A stretch of 64,000 nucleotides of DNA from Escherichia coli (lineage in GTDB: Bacteria; Pseudomonadota; Gammaproteobacteria; Enterobacterales; Enterobacteriaceae): assembly GCF_003334765.1 (NCBI RefSeq), contig NZ_QOWT01000015.1. The stretch is one strand, 5' to 3'. The translations under genes and the position numbers were made by a program. Of this stretch, positions 35,276-45,642 are shown in pieces. Numbering within the stretch: the stretch's first letter is position 1; each line of letters starts with the position of its first letter. The notes under the pieces are model-generated. The model ran no database searches. It was not told the DNA's origin and was given only the letters and a program-made list of their open reading frames with translations.

Positions 35276-36028
35276 ATGGCCGTACTGGGATTGCAGGGGG
35301 TGCGGGGAGGCGTGGGGACAACAACCATCACCGCCGCATTAGCCTGGTCATTACAAATGTTGGGAGAAAATGTCCTGGTGGTCGATGCCTGCCCGGACAA
35401 CTTGTTGCGCCTGTCATTTAATGTTGATTTTACCCACCGTCAGGGCTGGGCCAGAGCGATGCTGGATGGCCAGGACTGGCGTGACGCTGGGTTGCGCTAC
35501 ACCTCGCAGCTCGATTTGCTGCCTTTTGGTCAGTTATCCATTGAAGAACAAGAAAATCCACAGCACTGGCAAACCCGGCTGAGCGATATTTGCTCCGGCT
35601 TACAGCAACTAAAAGCCAGCGGGCGTTACCAGTGGATTTTAATCGACTTACCGCGTGATGCCTCGCAGATAACCCACCAGCTGCTGAGTTTGTGCGATCA
35701 CTCGCTGGCAATCGTCAATGTGGATGCCAACTGCCATATCCGACTGCATCAGCAAGCGCTGCCGGATGGCGCACATATTTTGATTAATGACTTCCGTATT
35801 GGCAGTCAGGTTCAGGACGATATTTACCAGCTTTGGTTGCAAAGCCAGCGCCGATTACTGCCGATGCTCATTCATCGTGATGAAGCGATGGCTGAATGCC
35901 TGGCGGCTAAGCAACCAGTAGGTGAATATCGCAGTGATGCGCTGGCGGCTGAAGAGATACTGACGCTGGCGAACTGGTGCCTGTTGAACTACTCCGGGCT
36001 GAAAACGCCAGTCGGGAGTGCATCATGA
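35276..36028 (+). CDS. bcsQ: Cellulose biosynthesis ParA/MinD-like ATPase BcsQ, full length (250 aa)
   Basis: ORF track; MAVLGLQGVRGGVGTTTITAALAWSLQ...; deviant Walker A present; codon 6 is TTG (Leu) and the frame is open throughout. Confidence 0.93.
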   Translation: MAVLGLQGVRGGVGTTTITAALAWSLQMLGENVLVVDACPDNLLRLSFNVDFTHRQGWARAMLDGQDWRDAGLRYTSQLDLLPFGQLSIEEQENPQHWQTRLSDICSGLQQLKASGRYQWILIDLPRDASQITHQLLSLCDHSLAIVNVDANCHIRLHQQALPDGAHILINDFRIGSQVQDDIYQLWLQSQRRLLPMLIHRDEAMAECLAAKQPVGEYRSDALAAEEILTLANWCLLNYSGLKTPVGSAS

Positions 36029-38643
36029 GTATCCTGACCCGGTGGTTGCTTATCCCGCCGGTCAACGCGCGGCTTATCGGGCGTTATCGCGATTATCGTC
36101 GTCACGGTGCGTCGGCTTTCAGCGCGACGCTCGGCTGTTTCTGGATGATCCTGGCCTGGATTTTTATTCCGCTGGAGCACCCGCGCTGGCAGCGTATTCG
36201 CGCAGAACATAAAAACCTGTATCCGCATATCAACGCCTCGCGTCCGCGTCCGCTGGACCCGGTCCGTTATCTCATTCAAACATGCTGGTTATTGATCGGT
36301 GCATCGCGCAAAGAAACGCCGAAACCGCGCAGGCGGGCATTTTCAGGTCTGCAAAATATTCGTGGACGTTACCATCAATGGATGAACGAGCTGCCTGAGC
36401 GCGTTAGCCATAAAACACAGCATCTGGATGAGAAAAAAGAGCTCGGTCATTTGAGTGCCGGGGCGCGGCGGTTGATCCTCGGTATCATCGTCACCTTCTC
36501 GCTGATTCTGGCGTTAATCTGCGTTACTCAGCCGTTTAACCCGCTGGCGCAGTTTATCTTCCTGATGCTGCTGTGGGGGGTAGCGCTGATCGTACGGCGG
36601 ATGCCGGGGCGCTTCTCGGCGCTAATGTTGATTGTGCTGTCGCTGACCGTTTCTTGCCGTTATATCTGGTGGCGTTACACCTCTACGCTGAACTGGGACG
36701 ATCCGGTCAGCCTGGTGTGCGGGCTTATTCTGCTCTTCGCTGAAACGTACGCGTGGATTGTGCTGGTGCTCGGCTACTTCCAGGTAGTATGGCCGCTGAA
36801 TCGTCAGCCGGTGCCATTGCCGAAAGATATGTCGCTGTGGCCGTCGGTGGATATCTTTGTCCCGACTTACAACGAAGATCTCAACGTGGTGAAAAATACC
36901 ATTTACGCCTCGCTGGGTATCGACTGGCCGAAAGATAAGCTGAATATCTGGATCCTTGATGACGGCGGCAGGGAAGAGTTTCGCCAGTTTGCGCAAAACG
37001 TGGGGGTGAAATATATCGCCCGCACCACTCATGAACATGCGAAAGCAGGCAACATCAACAATGCGCTGAAATATGCCAAAGGCGAGTTCGTGTCGATTTT
37101 CGACTGCGACCACGTACCAACGCGATCGTTCTTGCAAATGACCATGGGCTGGTTCCTGAAAGAAAAACAGCTGGCGATGATGCAGACGCCGCACCACTTC
37201 TTCTCACCGGACCCGTTTGAACGCAACCTGGGGCGTTTCCGTAAAACGCCGAACGAAGGCACGCTGTTCTATGGTCTGGTGCAGGATGGCAACGATATGT
37301 GGGACGCCACTTTCTTCTGCGGTTCCTGTGCGGTGATTCGTCGTAAGCCGCTGGATGAAATTGGCGGCATTGCTGTCGAAACCGTGACTGAAGATGCGCA
37401 TACTTCTCTGCGGTTGCACCGTCGTGGCTATACCTCCGCGTATATGCGTATTCCGCAGGCGGCGGGGCTGGCGACCGAAAGTCTGTCGGCGCATATCGGT
37501 CAGCGTATTCGCTGGGCGCGCGGGATGGTACAAATCTTCCGTCTCGATAACCCGCTCACCGGTAAAGGGCTGAAGTTTGCTCAGCGGCTATGTTACGTCA
37601 ACGCCATGTTCCACTTCTTGTCGGGCATTCCACGGCTGATCTTCCTGACTGCGCCGCTGGCGTTCCTGCTGCTTCATGCCTACATCATCTATGCGCCAGC
37701 GTTGATGATCGCCCTATTCGTGCTGCCGCATATGATCCATGCCAGCCTGACCAACTCCAAGATCCAGGGCAAATATCGCCACTCTTTCTGGAGTGAAATC
37801 TACGAAACGGTGCTGGCGTGGTATATCGCACCACCGACGCTGGTGGCGCTGATTAACCCGCACAAAGGCAAATTTAACGTCACCGCCAAAGGTGGACTGG
37901 TGGAAGAAGAGTACGTCGACTGGGTGATCTCGCGGCCCTACATCTTCCTTGTCCTGCTCAACCTGGTGGGCGTTGCGGTAGGCATCTGGCGCTACTTCTA
38001 TGGCCCGCCAACCGAGATGCTCACCGTGGTCGTCAGTATGGTGTGGGTGTTCTACAACCTGATTGTTCTTGGCGGCGCAGTTGCGGTATCGGTAGAAAGC
38101 AAACAGGTACGCCGATCGCACCGCGTGGAGATGACGATGCCCGCGGCAATTGCCCGCGAAGATGGTCACCTCTTCTCGTGTACCGTTCAGGATTTCTCCG
38201 ACGGTGGTTTGGGGATCAAGATCAACGGTCAGGCGCAGATTCTGGAAGGGCAGAAAGTGAATCTGTTGCTTAAACGCGGTCAGCAGGAATACGTCTTCCC
38301 GACCCAGGTGGCGCGCGTGATGGGTAATGAAGTTGGGCTGAAATTAATGCCGCTCACCACCCAGCAACATATCGATTTTGTGCAGTGTACGTTTGCCCGT
38401 GCGGATACATGGGCGCTCTGGCAGGACAGCTACCCGGAAGATAAGCCGCTGGAAAGTCTGCTGGATATTCTGAAGCTCGGCTTCCGTGGCTACCGCCATC
38501 TGGCGGAGTTTGCGCCTTCTTCGGTGAAGGGCATATTCCGTGTGCTGACTTCTCTGGTTTCCTGGGTTGTATCGTTTATTCCGCGCCGCCCGGAGCGGAG
38601 CGAAACGGCACAACCATCGGATCAGGCTTTGGCTCAACAATGA
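36025..38643 (+). CDS. bcsA: Cellulose synthase catalytic subunit BcsA (872 aa)
   Basis: ORF track 35977..38643; start at MSILTRWLLIPPVNARLIGRYRDYRRHG... (ATGA overlap with the bcsQ stop); GT2 motifs including QTPH and QRIRWARG; C-terminal PilZ domain. Confidence 0.95.
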   Translation: MSILTRWLLIPPVNARLIGRYRDYRRHGASAFSATLGCFWMILAWIFIPLEHPRWQRIRAEHKNLYPHINASRPRPLDPVRYLIQTCWLLIGASRKETPKPRRRAFSGLQNIRGRYHQWMNELPERVSHKTQHLDEKKELGHLSAGARRLILGIIVTFSLILALICVTQPFNPLAQFIFLMLLWGVALIVRRMPGRFSALMLIVLSLTVSCRYIWWRYTSTLNWDDPVSLVCGLILLFAETYAWIVLVLGYFQVVWPLNRQPVPLPKDMSLWPSVDIFVPTYNEDLNVVKNTIYASLGIDWPKDKLNIWILDDGGREEFRQFAQNVGVKYIARTTHEHAKAGNINNALKYAKGEFVSIFDCDHVPTRSFLQMTMGWFLKEKQLAMMQTPHHFFSPDPFERNLGRFRKTPNEGTLFYGLVQDGNDMWDATFFCGSCAVIRRKPLDEIGGIAVETVTEDAHTSLRLHRRGYTSAYMRIPQAAGLATESLSAHIGQRIRWARGMVQIFRLDNPLTGKGLKFAQRLCYVNAMFHFLSGIPRLIFLTAPLAFLLLHAYIIYAPALMIALFVLPHMIHASLTNSKIQGKYRHSFWSEIYETVLAWYIAPPTLVALINPHKGKFNVTAKGGLVEEEYVDWVISRPYIFLVLLNLVGVAVGIWRYFYGPPTEMLTVVVSMVWVFYNLIVLGGAVAVSVESKQVRRSHRVEMTMPAAIAREDGHLFSCTVQDFSDGGLGIKINGQAQILEGQKVNLLLKRGQQEYVFPTQVARVMGNEVGLKLMPLTTQQHIDFVQCTFARADTWALWQDSYPEDKPLESLLDILKLGFRGYRHLAEFAPSSVKGIFRVLTSLVSWVVSFIPRRPERSETAQPSDQALAQQ

Positions 38644-38653
38644 TGATAACGCG

Positions 38654-40993
38654 ATGAAAAGAAAACTATTCTGGATTTGTGCAGTGGCTATGGGGATGAG
38701 TGCGTTCCCCTCTTTCATGACGCAGGCGACGCCAGCAACGCAACCACTGATCAATGCTGAGCCAGCTGTAGCCGCCCAGACGGAACAAAATCCGCAGGTG
38801 GGGCAAGTGATGCCGGGCGTGCAGGGCGCTGATGCGCCAGTCGTGGCGCAGAACGGTCCTTCGCGTGATGTGAAGCTGACCTTTGCGCAAATTGCACCGC
38901 CGCCGGGCAGCATGGTGCTACGTGGCATTAACCCGAACGGCAGCATTGAGTTTGGTATGCGCAGCGATGAAGTGGTGACGAAGGCGATGCTCAACCTCGA
39001 ATACACCCCATCGCCATCGTTACTGCCTGTCCAGTCGCAGTTAAAGGTTTATCTCAATGATGAACTGATGGGCGTGCTGCCAGTGACCAAAGAACAGTTG
39101 GGTAAAAAAACGCTGGCGCAAATGCCCATTAACCCACTGTTTATTACCGACTTCAACCGTGTACGGCTGGAGTTTGTCGGCCATTATCAGGACGTGTGCG
39201 AAAACCCGGCCAGCACCACGCTTTGGCTGGATGTTGGGCGGAGCAGTGGACTGGATCTGACCTATCAGACCCTGAATGTGAAGAATGACCTGTCACACTT
39301 CCCGGTGCCATTCTTTGACCCGCGCGATAACCGCACCAACACCTTGCCGATGGTCTTTGCGGGTGCGCCGGATGTTGGGCTGCAACAAGCCTCTGCCATT
39401 GTCGCCTCGTGGTTTGGTTCGCGTTCTGGCTGGCGTGGGCAGAACTTCCCGGTACTCTATAACCAACTGCCGGATCGCAATGCCATTGTCTTTGCAACCA
39501 ACGACAAACGGCCGGACTTCCTGCGCGATCATCCGGCGGTAAAAGCCCCGGTGATTGAGATGATTAACCATCCGCAGAATCCTTACGTCAAACTGCTGGT
39601 GGTGTTTGGTCGTGACGACAAAGACCTGTTGCAGGCAGCGAAAGGTATCGCTCAGGGTAACATTCTGTTCCGTGGTGAAAGCGTGGTAGTGAATGAAGTG
39701 AAACCGCTGCTACCGCGTAAGCCGTACGATGCGCCGAACTGGGTACGTACCGATCGTCCGGTCACATTTGGCGAACTGAAAACCTATGAAGAACAGTTAC
39801 AATCCAGCGGTCTTGAGCCAGCAGCGATTAACGTTTCGCTAAACCTGCCGCCGGATCTCTACCTGATGCGCAGTACCGGCATTGATATGGATATTAATTA
39901 CCGCTACACCATGCCGCCGGTGAAAGACAGTTCGCGGATGGATATCAGCCTGAATAACCAGTTCCTGCAATCCTTCAACCTGAGCAGCAAACAGGAGGCG
40001 AACCGCCTGCTGCTGCGGATTCCGGTATTACAAGGTTTGCTGGATGGCAAAACAGATGTCTCTATTCCGGCGCTGAAACTGGGCGCGACCAACCAGCTGC
40101 GCTTCGACTTTGAGTATATGAACCCGATGCCGGGCGGTTCGGTGGATAACTGTATTACCTTCCAGCCGGTGCAGAATCATGTGGTGATTGGTGACGACTC
40201 CACCATCGACTTCTCGAAGTATTACCACTTCATCCCGATGCCGGATCTACGCGCCTTTGCTAACGCGGGCTTCCCATTCAGCCGGATGGCGGATCTGTCG
40301 CAAACCATCACCGTGATGCCGAAAGCGCCTAACGAAGCACAGATGGAAACGTTGCTGAATACTGTTGGTTTTATCGGCGCACAGACGGGCTTCCCGGCGA
40401 TTAATCTGACGGTGACCGATGATGGCAGCACCATTCAGGGCAAAGATGCCGACATCATGATCATCGGTGGTATCCCGGACAAACTGAAAGACGATAAGCA
40501 GATCGACCTATTGGTGCAGGCGACCGAAAGCTGGGTGAAAACACCGATGCGCCAGACCCCGTTCCCCGGCATTGTGCCGGACGAGAGCGATCGCGCGGCA
40601 GAAACCCGGTCAACGCTGACCTCTTCCGGTGCGATGGCGGCGGTGATTGGCTTCCAGTCGCCGTATAACGACCAGCGCAGCGTGATTGCGCTGTTGGCAG
40701 ATAGCCCACGCGGTTATGAAATGCTTAACGATGCGGTGAACGATAGCGGCAAACGCGCCACCATGTTCGGTTCGGTCGCGGTGATCCGCGAGTCCGGTAT
40801 CAACAGCCTACGTGTTGGCGACGTTTATTACGTAGGTCATCTGCCGTGGTTCGAGCGCGTGTGGTATGCGCTGGCAAACCATCCGATTCTGCTGGCGGTG
40901 CTGGCGGCTATCAGTGTGATATTGCTGGCATGGGTACTGTGGCGTCTGCTGCGAATTATTAGTCGTCGTCGTCTTAACCCGGATAACGAGTAA
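38654..40993 (+). CDS. bcsB: Cellulose synthase periplasmic subunit BcsB (779 aa)
   Basis: ORF track 38567..40993; start at MKRKLFWICAVAMGMSAFPSFMTQA (signal peptide); C-terminal TM anchor. Confidence 0.94.
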   Translation: MKRKLFWICAVAMGMSAFPSFMTQATPATQPLINAEPAVAAQTEQNPQVGQVMPGVQGADAPVVAQNGPSRDVKLTFAQIAPPPGSMVLRGINPNGSIEFGMRSDEVVTKAMLNLEYTPSPSLLPVQSQLKVYLNDELMGVLPVTKEQLGKKTLAQMPINPLFITDFNRVRLEFVGHYQDVCENPASTTLWLDVGRSSGLDLTYQTLNVKNDLSHFPVPFFDPRDNRTNTLPMVFAGAPDVGLQQASAIVASWFGSRSGWRGQNFPVLYNQLPDRNAIVFATNDKRPDFLRDHPAVKAPVIEMINHPQNPYVKLLVVFGRDDKDLLQAAKGIAQGNILFRGESVVVNEVKPLLPRKPYDAPNWVRTDRPVTFGELKTYEEQLQSSGLEPAAINVSLNLPPDLYLMRSTGIDMDINYRYTMPPVKDSSRMDISLNNQFLQSFNLSSKQEANRLLLRIPVLQGLLDGKTDVSIPALKLGATNQLRFDFEYMNPMPGGSVDNCITFQPVQNHVVIGDDSTIDFSKYYHFIPMPDLRAFANAGFPFSRMADLSQTITVMPKAPNEAQMETLLNTVGFIGAQTGFPAINLTVTDDGSTIQGKDADIMIIGGIPDKLKDDKQIDLLVQATESWVKTPMRQTPFPGIVPDESDRAAETRSTLTSSGAMAAVIGFQSPYNDQRSVIALLADSPRGYEMLNDAVNDSGKRATMFGSVAVIRESGINSLRVGDVYYVGHLPWFERVWYALANHPILLAVLAAISVILLAWVLWRLLRIISRRRLNPDNE

Positions 40994-40999
40994 TTGAAG

Positions 41000-42106
41000 A
41001 TGAATGTGTTGCGTAGTGGAATCGTGACGATGCTGCTGCTGGCTGCCTTTAGTGTTCAGGCAGCCTGTACCTGGCCTGCCTGGGAGCAGTTTAAAAAGGA
41101 TTACATCAGTCAGGAAGGGCGCGTCATCGACCCCAGCGACGCGCGCAAAATCACCACCTCCGAAGGGCAAAGTTACGGCATGTTCTCTGCCCTGGCGGCT
41201 AACGACCGTGCAGCTTTCGATAATATTCTCGACTGGACGCAGAACAATCTCGCTCAGGGTTCTTTAAAAGAACGTTTGCCCGCCTGGCTGTGGGGCAAGA
41301 AAGAGAACAGTAAGTGGGAAGTGCTGGACAGCAATTCGGCCTCCGATGGTGATGTCTGGATGGCCTGGTCGTTGCTGGAGGCGGGGCGTTTGTGGAAAGA
41401 GCAGCGTTATACCGACATCGGCAGCGCGTTGCTAAAACGTATCGCGCGGGAGGAAGTGGTGACGGTGCCTGGGCTGGGTTCCATGTTGTTACCGGGCAAA
41501 GTGGGTTTTGCTGAGGATAACAGCTGGCGTTTTAACCCCAGCTACCTGCCGCCGACGCTGGCGCAGTATTTCACCCGCTTTGGCGCGCCGTGGACCACGC
41601 TGCGCGAAACCAATCAACGTTTATTGCTGGAAACCGCCCCGAAAGGTTTTTCGCCAGACTGGGTGCGCTATGAGAAAGACAAAGGCTGGCAGCTAAAAGC
41701 CGAAAAAACATTGATCAGCAGCTACGACGCTATCCGCGTTTACATGTGGGTAGGCATGATGCCTGACAGCGATCCGCAAAAAGCGCGGATGCTCAACCGG
41801 TTTAAACCGATGGCGACATTCACTGAGAAAAACGGTTATCCGCCGGAAAAAGTGGATGTGGCTACGGGGAAAGCGCAGGGTAAAGGACCAGTCGGTTTTT
41901 CTGCCGCCATGCTGCCCTTTTTACAAAACCGCGATGCGCAGGCCGTTCAGCGCCAGCGCGTGGCCGATAACTTTCCCGGCAGCGATGCCTATTACAACTA
42001 TGTGCTGACCCTGTTTGGACAAGGCTGGGATCAACACCGTTTCCGCTTCTCGACAAAAGGTGAGTTATTACCTGACTGGGGCCAGGAATGCGCAAATTCA
42101 CACTAA
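41000..42106 (+). CDS. bcsZ: Endo-1,4-beta-glucanase BcsZ, GH8 (368 aa)
   Basis: ORF track 40994..42106; [31 protein letters not shown]...; GH8-like region SEGQSYGMF. Confidence 0.94.
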   Translation: MNVLRSGIVTMLLLAAFSVQAACTWPAWEQFKKDYISQEGRVIDPSDARKITTSEGQSYGMFSALAANDRAAFDNILDWTQNNLAQGSLKERLPAWLWGKKENSKWEVLDSNSASDGDVWMAWSLLEAGRLWKEQRYTDIGSALLKRIAREEVVTVPGLGSMLLPGKVGFAEDNSWRFNPSYLPPTLAQYFTRFGAPWTTLRETNQRLLLETAPKGFSPDWVRYEKDKGWQLKAEKTLISSYDAIRVYMWVGMMPDSDPQKARMLNRFKPMATFTEKNGYPPEKVDVATGKAQGKGPVGFSAAMLPFLQNRDAQAVQRQRVADNFPGSDAYYNYVLTLFGQGWDQHRFRFSTKGELLPDWGQECANSH

Positions 42107-45100
42107 ACATATTCACGCTTTCCCTCGGTCTGGCCGTCATGCCGATGGTCGAGGCAGCACCAACCGCTCAGCAACAGTTGCTGGAGCAAGTTCGGTTAGG
42201 CGAAGCGACCCATCGTGAAGATCTGGTGCAACAGTCGTTATATCGGCTGGAACTTATTGATCCGAATAACCCGGACGTCGTTGCCGCCCGTTTCCGTTCT
42301 TTGTTACGTCAGGGCGATATTGATGGCGCGCAAAAACAGCTCGATCGGCTGTCGCAGTTAGCGCCGAGTTCAAATGCGTATAAATCGTCGCGGACTACGA
42401 TGCTACTTTCCACGCCGGATGGTCGTCAGGCACTGCAACAGGCACGATTGCAGGCGACGACCGGTCATGCAGAAGAAGCTGTGGCGAGTTACAACAAACT
42501 GTTCAACGGTGCGCCGCCGGAAGGTGACATTGCTGTCGAGTACTGGAGTACGGTGGCGAAAATTCCGGCTCGCCGTGGCGAAGCGATTAATCAGTTAAAA
42601 CGCATCAATGCGGATGCACCGGGCAATACGGGCCTGCAAAACAATCTGGCGCTATTGCTGTTTAGTAGCGATCGCCGTGACGAAGGTTTTGCCGTCCTGG
42701 AACAGATGGCAAAATCGAACGCCGGGCGCGAAGGGGCCTCTAAAATCTGGTACGGGCAGATTAAAGACATGCCCGTCAGTGATGCCAGTGTGTCGGCGCT
42801 GAAAAAATATCTCTCGATCTTTAGTGATGGCGATAGCGTGGCGGCTGCGCAATCGCAACTGGCAGAACAGCAAAAACAGCTGGCCGATCCTGCTTTCCGC
42901 GCTCGTGCGCAAGGTTTAGCGGCGGTGGACTCTGGTATGGCGGGTAAAGCCATTCCCGAACTACAACAGGCGGTGCGGGCGAACCCGAAAGACAGTGAAG
43001 CTCTGGGGGCGCTGGGCCAGGCGTATTCTCAGAAAGGCGATCGCGCCAATGCAGTGGCGAATCTGGAAAAAGCCCTCGCACTGGACCCGCACAGCAGCAA
43101 CAACGACAAATGGAACAGTCTGCTGAAAGTAAACCGCTACTGGCTGGCGATCCAGCAGGGCGATGCTGCGCTGAAAGCCAATAATCCTGACCGGGCAGAA
43201 CGCCTGTTCCAGCAGGCGCGTAATGTCGATAACACCGACAGTTATGCAGTGCTGGGGCTGGGCGATGTGGCGATGGCGCGAAAAGATTATCCCGCCGCCG
43301 AACGTTATTATCAGCAGACCTTGCGTATGGACAGCGGCAACACTAACGCCGTGCGCGGGCTGGCAAATATTTACCGCCAGCAATCGCCAGAAAAAGCTGA
43401 AGCGTTTATCGCCTCGCTCTCTGCCAGTCAGCGGCGTAGCATTGATGATATCGAACGCAGCCTGCAAAACGACCGTCTGGCACAGCAGGCAGAGGCACTG
43501 GAAAACCAGGGCAAATGGGCGCAGGCGGCAGCACTTCAGCGGCAACGACTGGCGCTGGACCCCGGCAGCGTATGGATTACTTACCGACTTTCGCAGGATC
43601 TCTGGCAGGCCGGACAACGCAGCCAGGCCGATACGTTAATGCGCAATCTGGCGCAGCAGAAGTCGAACGACCCGGAGCAGGTTTACGCTTACGGGCTGTA
43701 CCTCTCTGGTCATGACCAGGACAGAGCGGCGCTGGCGCATATCAACAGCCTGCCGCGTGCGCAGTGGAACAGCAATATTCAGGAGCTGGTTAATCGACTG
43801 CAAAGCGATCAGGTGCTGGAAACCGCTAACCGCCTGCGAGAAAGCGGCAAAGAGGCAGAAGCGGAAGCGATGCTGCGCCAGCAACCACCTTCCACGCGTA
43901 TTGACCTCACGCTGGCTGACTGGGCGCAACAACGACGTGATTACACCGCCGCCCGCGCTGCATATCAGAATGTCCTGACGCGGGAGCCAGCTAACGCCGA
44001 CGCCATTCTTGGTCTGACGGAAGTGGATATTGCTGCCGGTGACAAAGCGGCGGCACGTAGCCAGCTGGCGAAACTGCCCGCTACCGATAACGCCTCGCTG
44101 AACACACAGCGGCGCGTGGCGCTGGCACAGGCGCAGCTTGGCGATACCGCAGCAGCGCAGCGGACGTTTAATAAGTTGATCCCGCAGGCAAAATCTCAGC
44201 CACCGTCGATGGAAAGCGCGATGGTGCTGCGTGATGGTGCGAAGTTTGAAGCGCAGGCGGGCGATCCAACGCAGGCGCTGGAAACCTACAAAGACGCCAT
44301 GGTCGCATCCGGTGTGACTACGACGCGTCCGCAGGATAACGACACCTTTACCCGACTGACCCGTAACGACGAGAAAGATGACTGGCTGAAACGTGGCGTG
44401 CGCAGCGATGCGGCGGACCTCTATCGCCAGCAGGATCTTAACGTCACCCTTGAGCACGATTACTGGGGTTCGAGCGGCACCGGTGGTTACTCCGATCTGA
44501 AAGCGCACACTACCATGTTGCAGGTGGATGCGCCGTATTCTGACGGGCGGATGTTCTTTCGCAGTGATTTCGTCAATATGAACGTCGGCAGTTTCTCCAC
44601 TAATGCCGATGGCAAATGGGATGACAACTGGGGCACCTGTACATTACAGGACTGTAGCGGCAACCGCAGCCAGTCGGATTCCGGTGCCAGCGTGGCGGTC
44701 GGCTGGCGAAATGACGTCTGGAGCTGGGATATCGGTACCACGCCGATGGGCTTCAACGTGGTGGATGTGGTCGGCGGCATCAGTTACAGCGATGATATCG
44801 GGCCGCTGGGTTACACCGTTAACGCCCACCGTCGGCCCATCTCCAGTTCTTTGCTGGCCTTTGGTGGGCAAAAAGACTCCCCGAGCAATACCGGGAAAAA
44901 ATGGGGTGGCGTACGTGCCGACGGTGTGGGGCTAAGTCTGAGCTACGATAAAGGTGAAGCAAACGGCGTCTGGGCATCGCTTAGTGGCGACCAGTTAACC
45001 GGTAAAAATGTCGAAGATAACTGGCGCGTGCGCTGGATGACGGGCTATTACTATAAGGTCATTAACCAGAACAATCGCCGCGTCACAATCGGCCTGAACA

Positions 45101-45561
45101 ACATGATCTGGCATTACGACAAAGATCTGAGTGGCTACTCACTCGGTCAGGGCGGTTACTACAGTCCGCAGGAATACCTGTCGTTTGCCATACCGGTGAT
45201 GTGGCGGGAGCGCACGGAAAACTGGTCGTGGGAGCTGGGTGCGTCTGGCTCGTGGTCGCATTCACGCACCAAAACCATGCCGCGTTATCCGCTGATGAAT
45301 CTGATCCCGACCGACTGGCAGGAAGAAGCTGCGCGGCAATCCAACGATGGCGGCAGCAGTCAGGGCTTCGGCTACACGGCGCGGGCATTACTTGAACGAC
45401 GTGTTACTTCCAACTGGTTTGTTGGCACGGCAATTGATATCCAGCAGGCGAAAGATTACGCACCCAGCCATTTCCTGCTCTACGTACGTTATTCCGCCGC
45501 CGGATGGCAGGGTGACATGGATTTACCGCCGCAGCCGCTGATACCTTACGCCGACTGGTAA
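42088..45561 (+). CDS. bcsC: Cellulose synthase outer-membrane subunit BcsC, TPR-rich (1157 aa)
   Basis: ORF track; signal peptide, long TPR region, C-terminal beta-barrel; overlaps the bcsZ 3' end by 19 bp. Confidence 0.95.
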   Translation: MRKFTLNIFTLSLGLAVMPMVEAAPTAQQQLLEQVRLGEATHREDLVQQSLYRLELIDPNNPDVVAARFRSLLRQGDIDGAQKQLDRLSQLAPSSNAYKSSRTTMLLSTPDGRQALQQARLQATTGHAEEAVASYNKLFNGAPPEGDIAVEYWSTVAKIPARRGEAINQLKRINADAPGNTGLQNNLALLLFSSDRRDEGFAVLEQMAKSNAGREGASKIWYGQIKDMPVSDASVSALKKYLSIFSDGDSVAAAQSQLAEQQKQLADPAFRARAQGLAAVDSGMAGKAIPELQQAVRANPKDSEALGALGQAYSQKGDRANAVANLEKALALDPHSSNNDKWNSLLKVNRYWLAIQQGDAALKANNPDRAERLFQQARNVDNTDSYAVLGLGDVAMARKDYPAAERYYQQTLRMDSGNTNAVRGLANIYRQQSPEKAEAFIASLSASQRRSIDDIERSLQNDRLAQQAEALENQGKWAQAAALQRQRLALDPGSVWITYRLSQDLWQAGQRSQADTLMRNLAQQKSNDPEQVYAYGLYLSGHDQDRAALAHINSLPRAQWNSNIQELVNRLQSDQVLETANRLRESGKEAEAEAMLRQQPPSTRIDLTLADWAQQRRDYTAARAAYQNVLTREPANADAILGLTEVDIAAGDKAAARSQLAKLPATDNASLNTQRRVALAQAQLGDTAAAQRTFNKLIPQAKSQPPSMESAMVLRDGAKFEAQAGDPTQALETYKDAMVASGVTTTRPQDNDTFTRLTRNDEKDDWLKRGVRSDAADLYRQQDLNVTLEHDYWGSSGTGGYSDLKAHTTMLQVDAPYSDGRMFFRSDFVNMNVGSFSTNADGKWDDNWGTCTLQDCSGNRSQSDSGASVAVGWRNDVWSWDIGTTPMGFNVVDVVGGISYSDDIGPLGYTVNAHRRPISSSLLAFGGQKDSPSNTGKKWGGVRADGVGLSLSYDKGEANGVWASLSGDQLTGKNVEDNWRVRWMTGYYYKVINQNNRRVTIGLNNMIWHYDKDLSGYSLGQGGYYSPQEYLSFAIPVMWRERTENWSWELGASGSWSHSRTKTMPRYPLMNLIPTDWQEEAARQSNDGGSSQGFGYTARALLERRVTSNWFVGTAIDIQQAKDYAPSHFLLYVRYSAAGWQGDMDLPPQPLIPYADW

Positions 45562-45642
45562 GTTTTCAGATAGCGCCTCTCTTAATGCCGCTGCGATCGG
45601 GTATACTCGGGCGGCAATCTGGGATTTCCGGGGGGAGACAAT

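Noticed and set aside
36622-39006. Several 150-220 aa minus-strand ORFs inside bcsA and bcsB
   Set aside because: Antisense shadow ORFs of well-supported genes.
42961-44508. Two long minus-strand ORFs (218 and 290 aa) within bcsC
   Set aside because: Antisense to the TPR region of bcsC, whose repetitive Ala/Gln/Leu codons generate open antisense frames; no ribosome-binding context.
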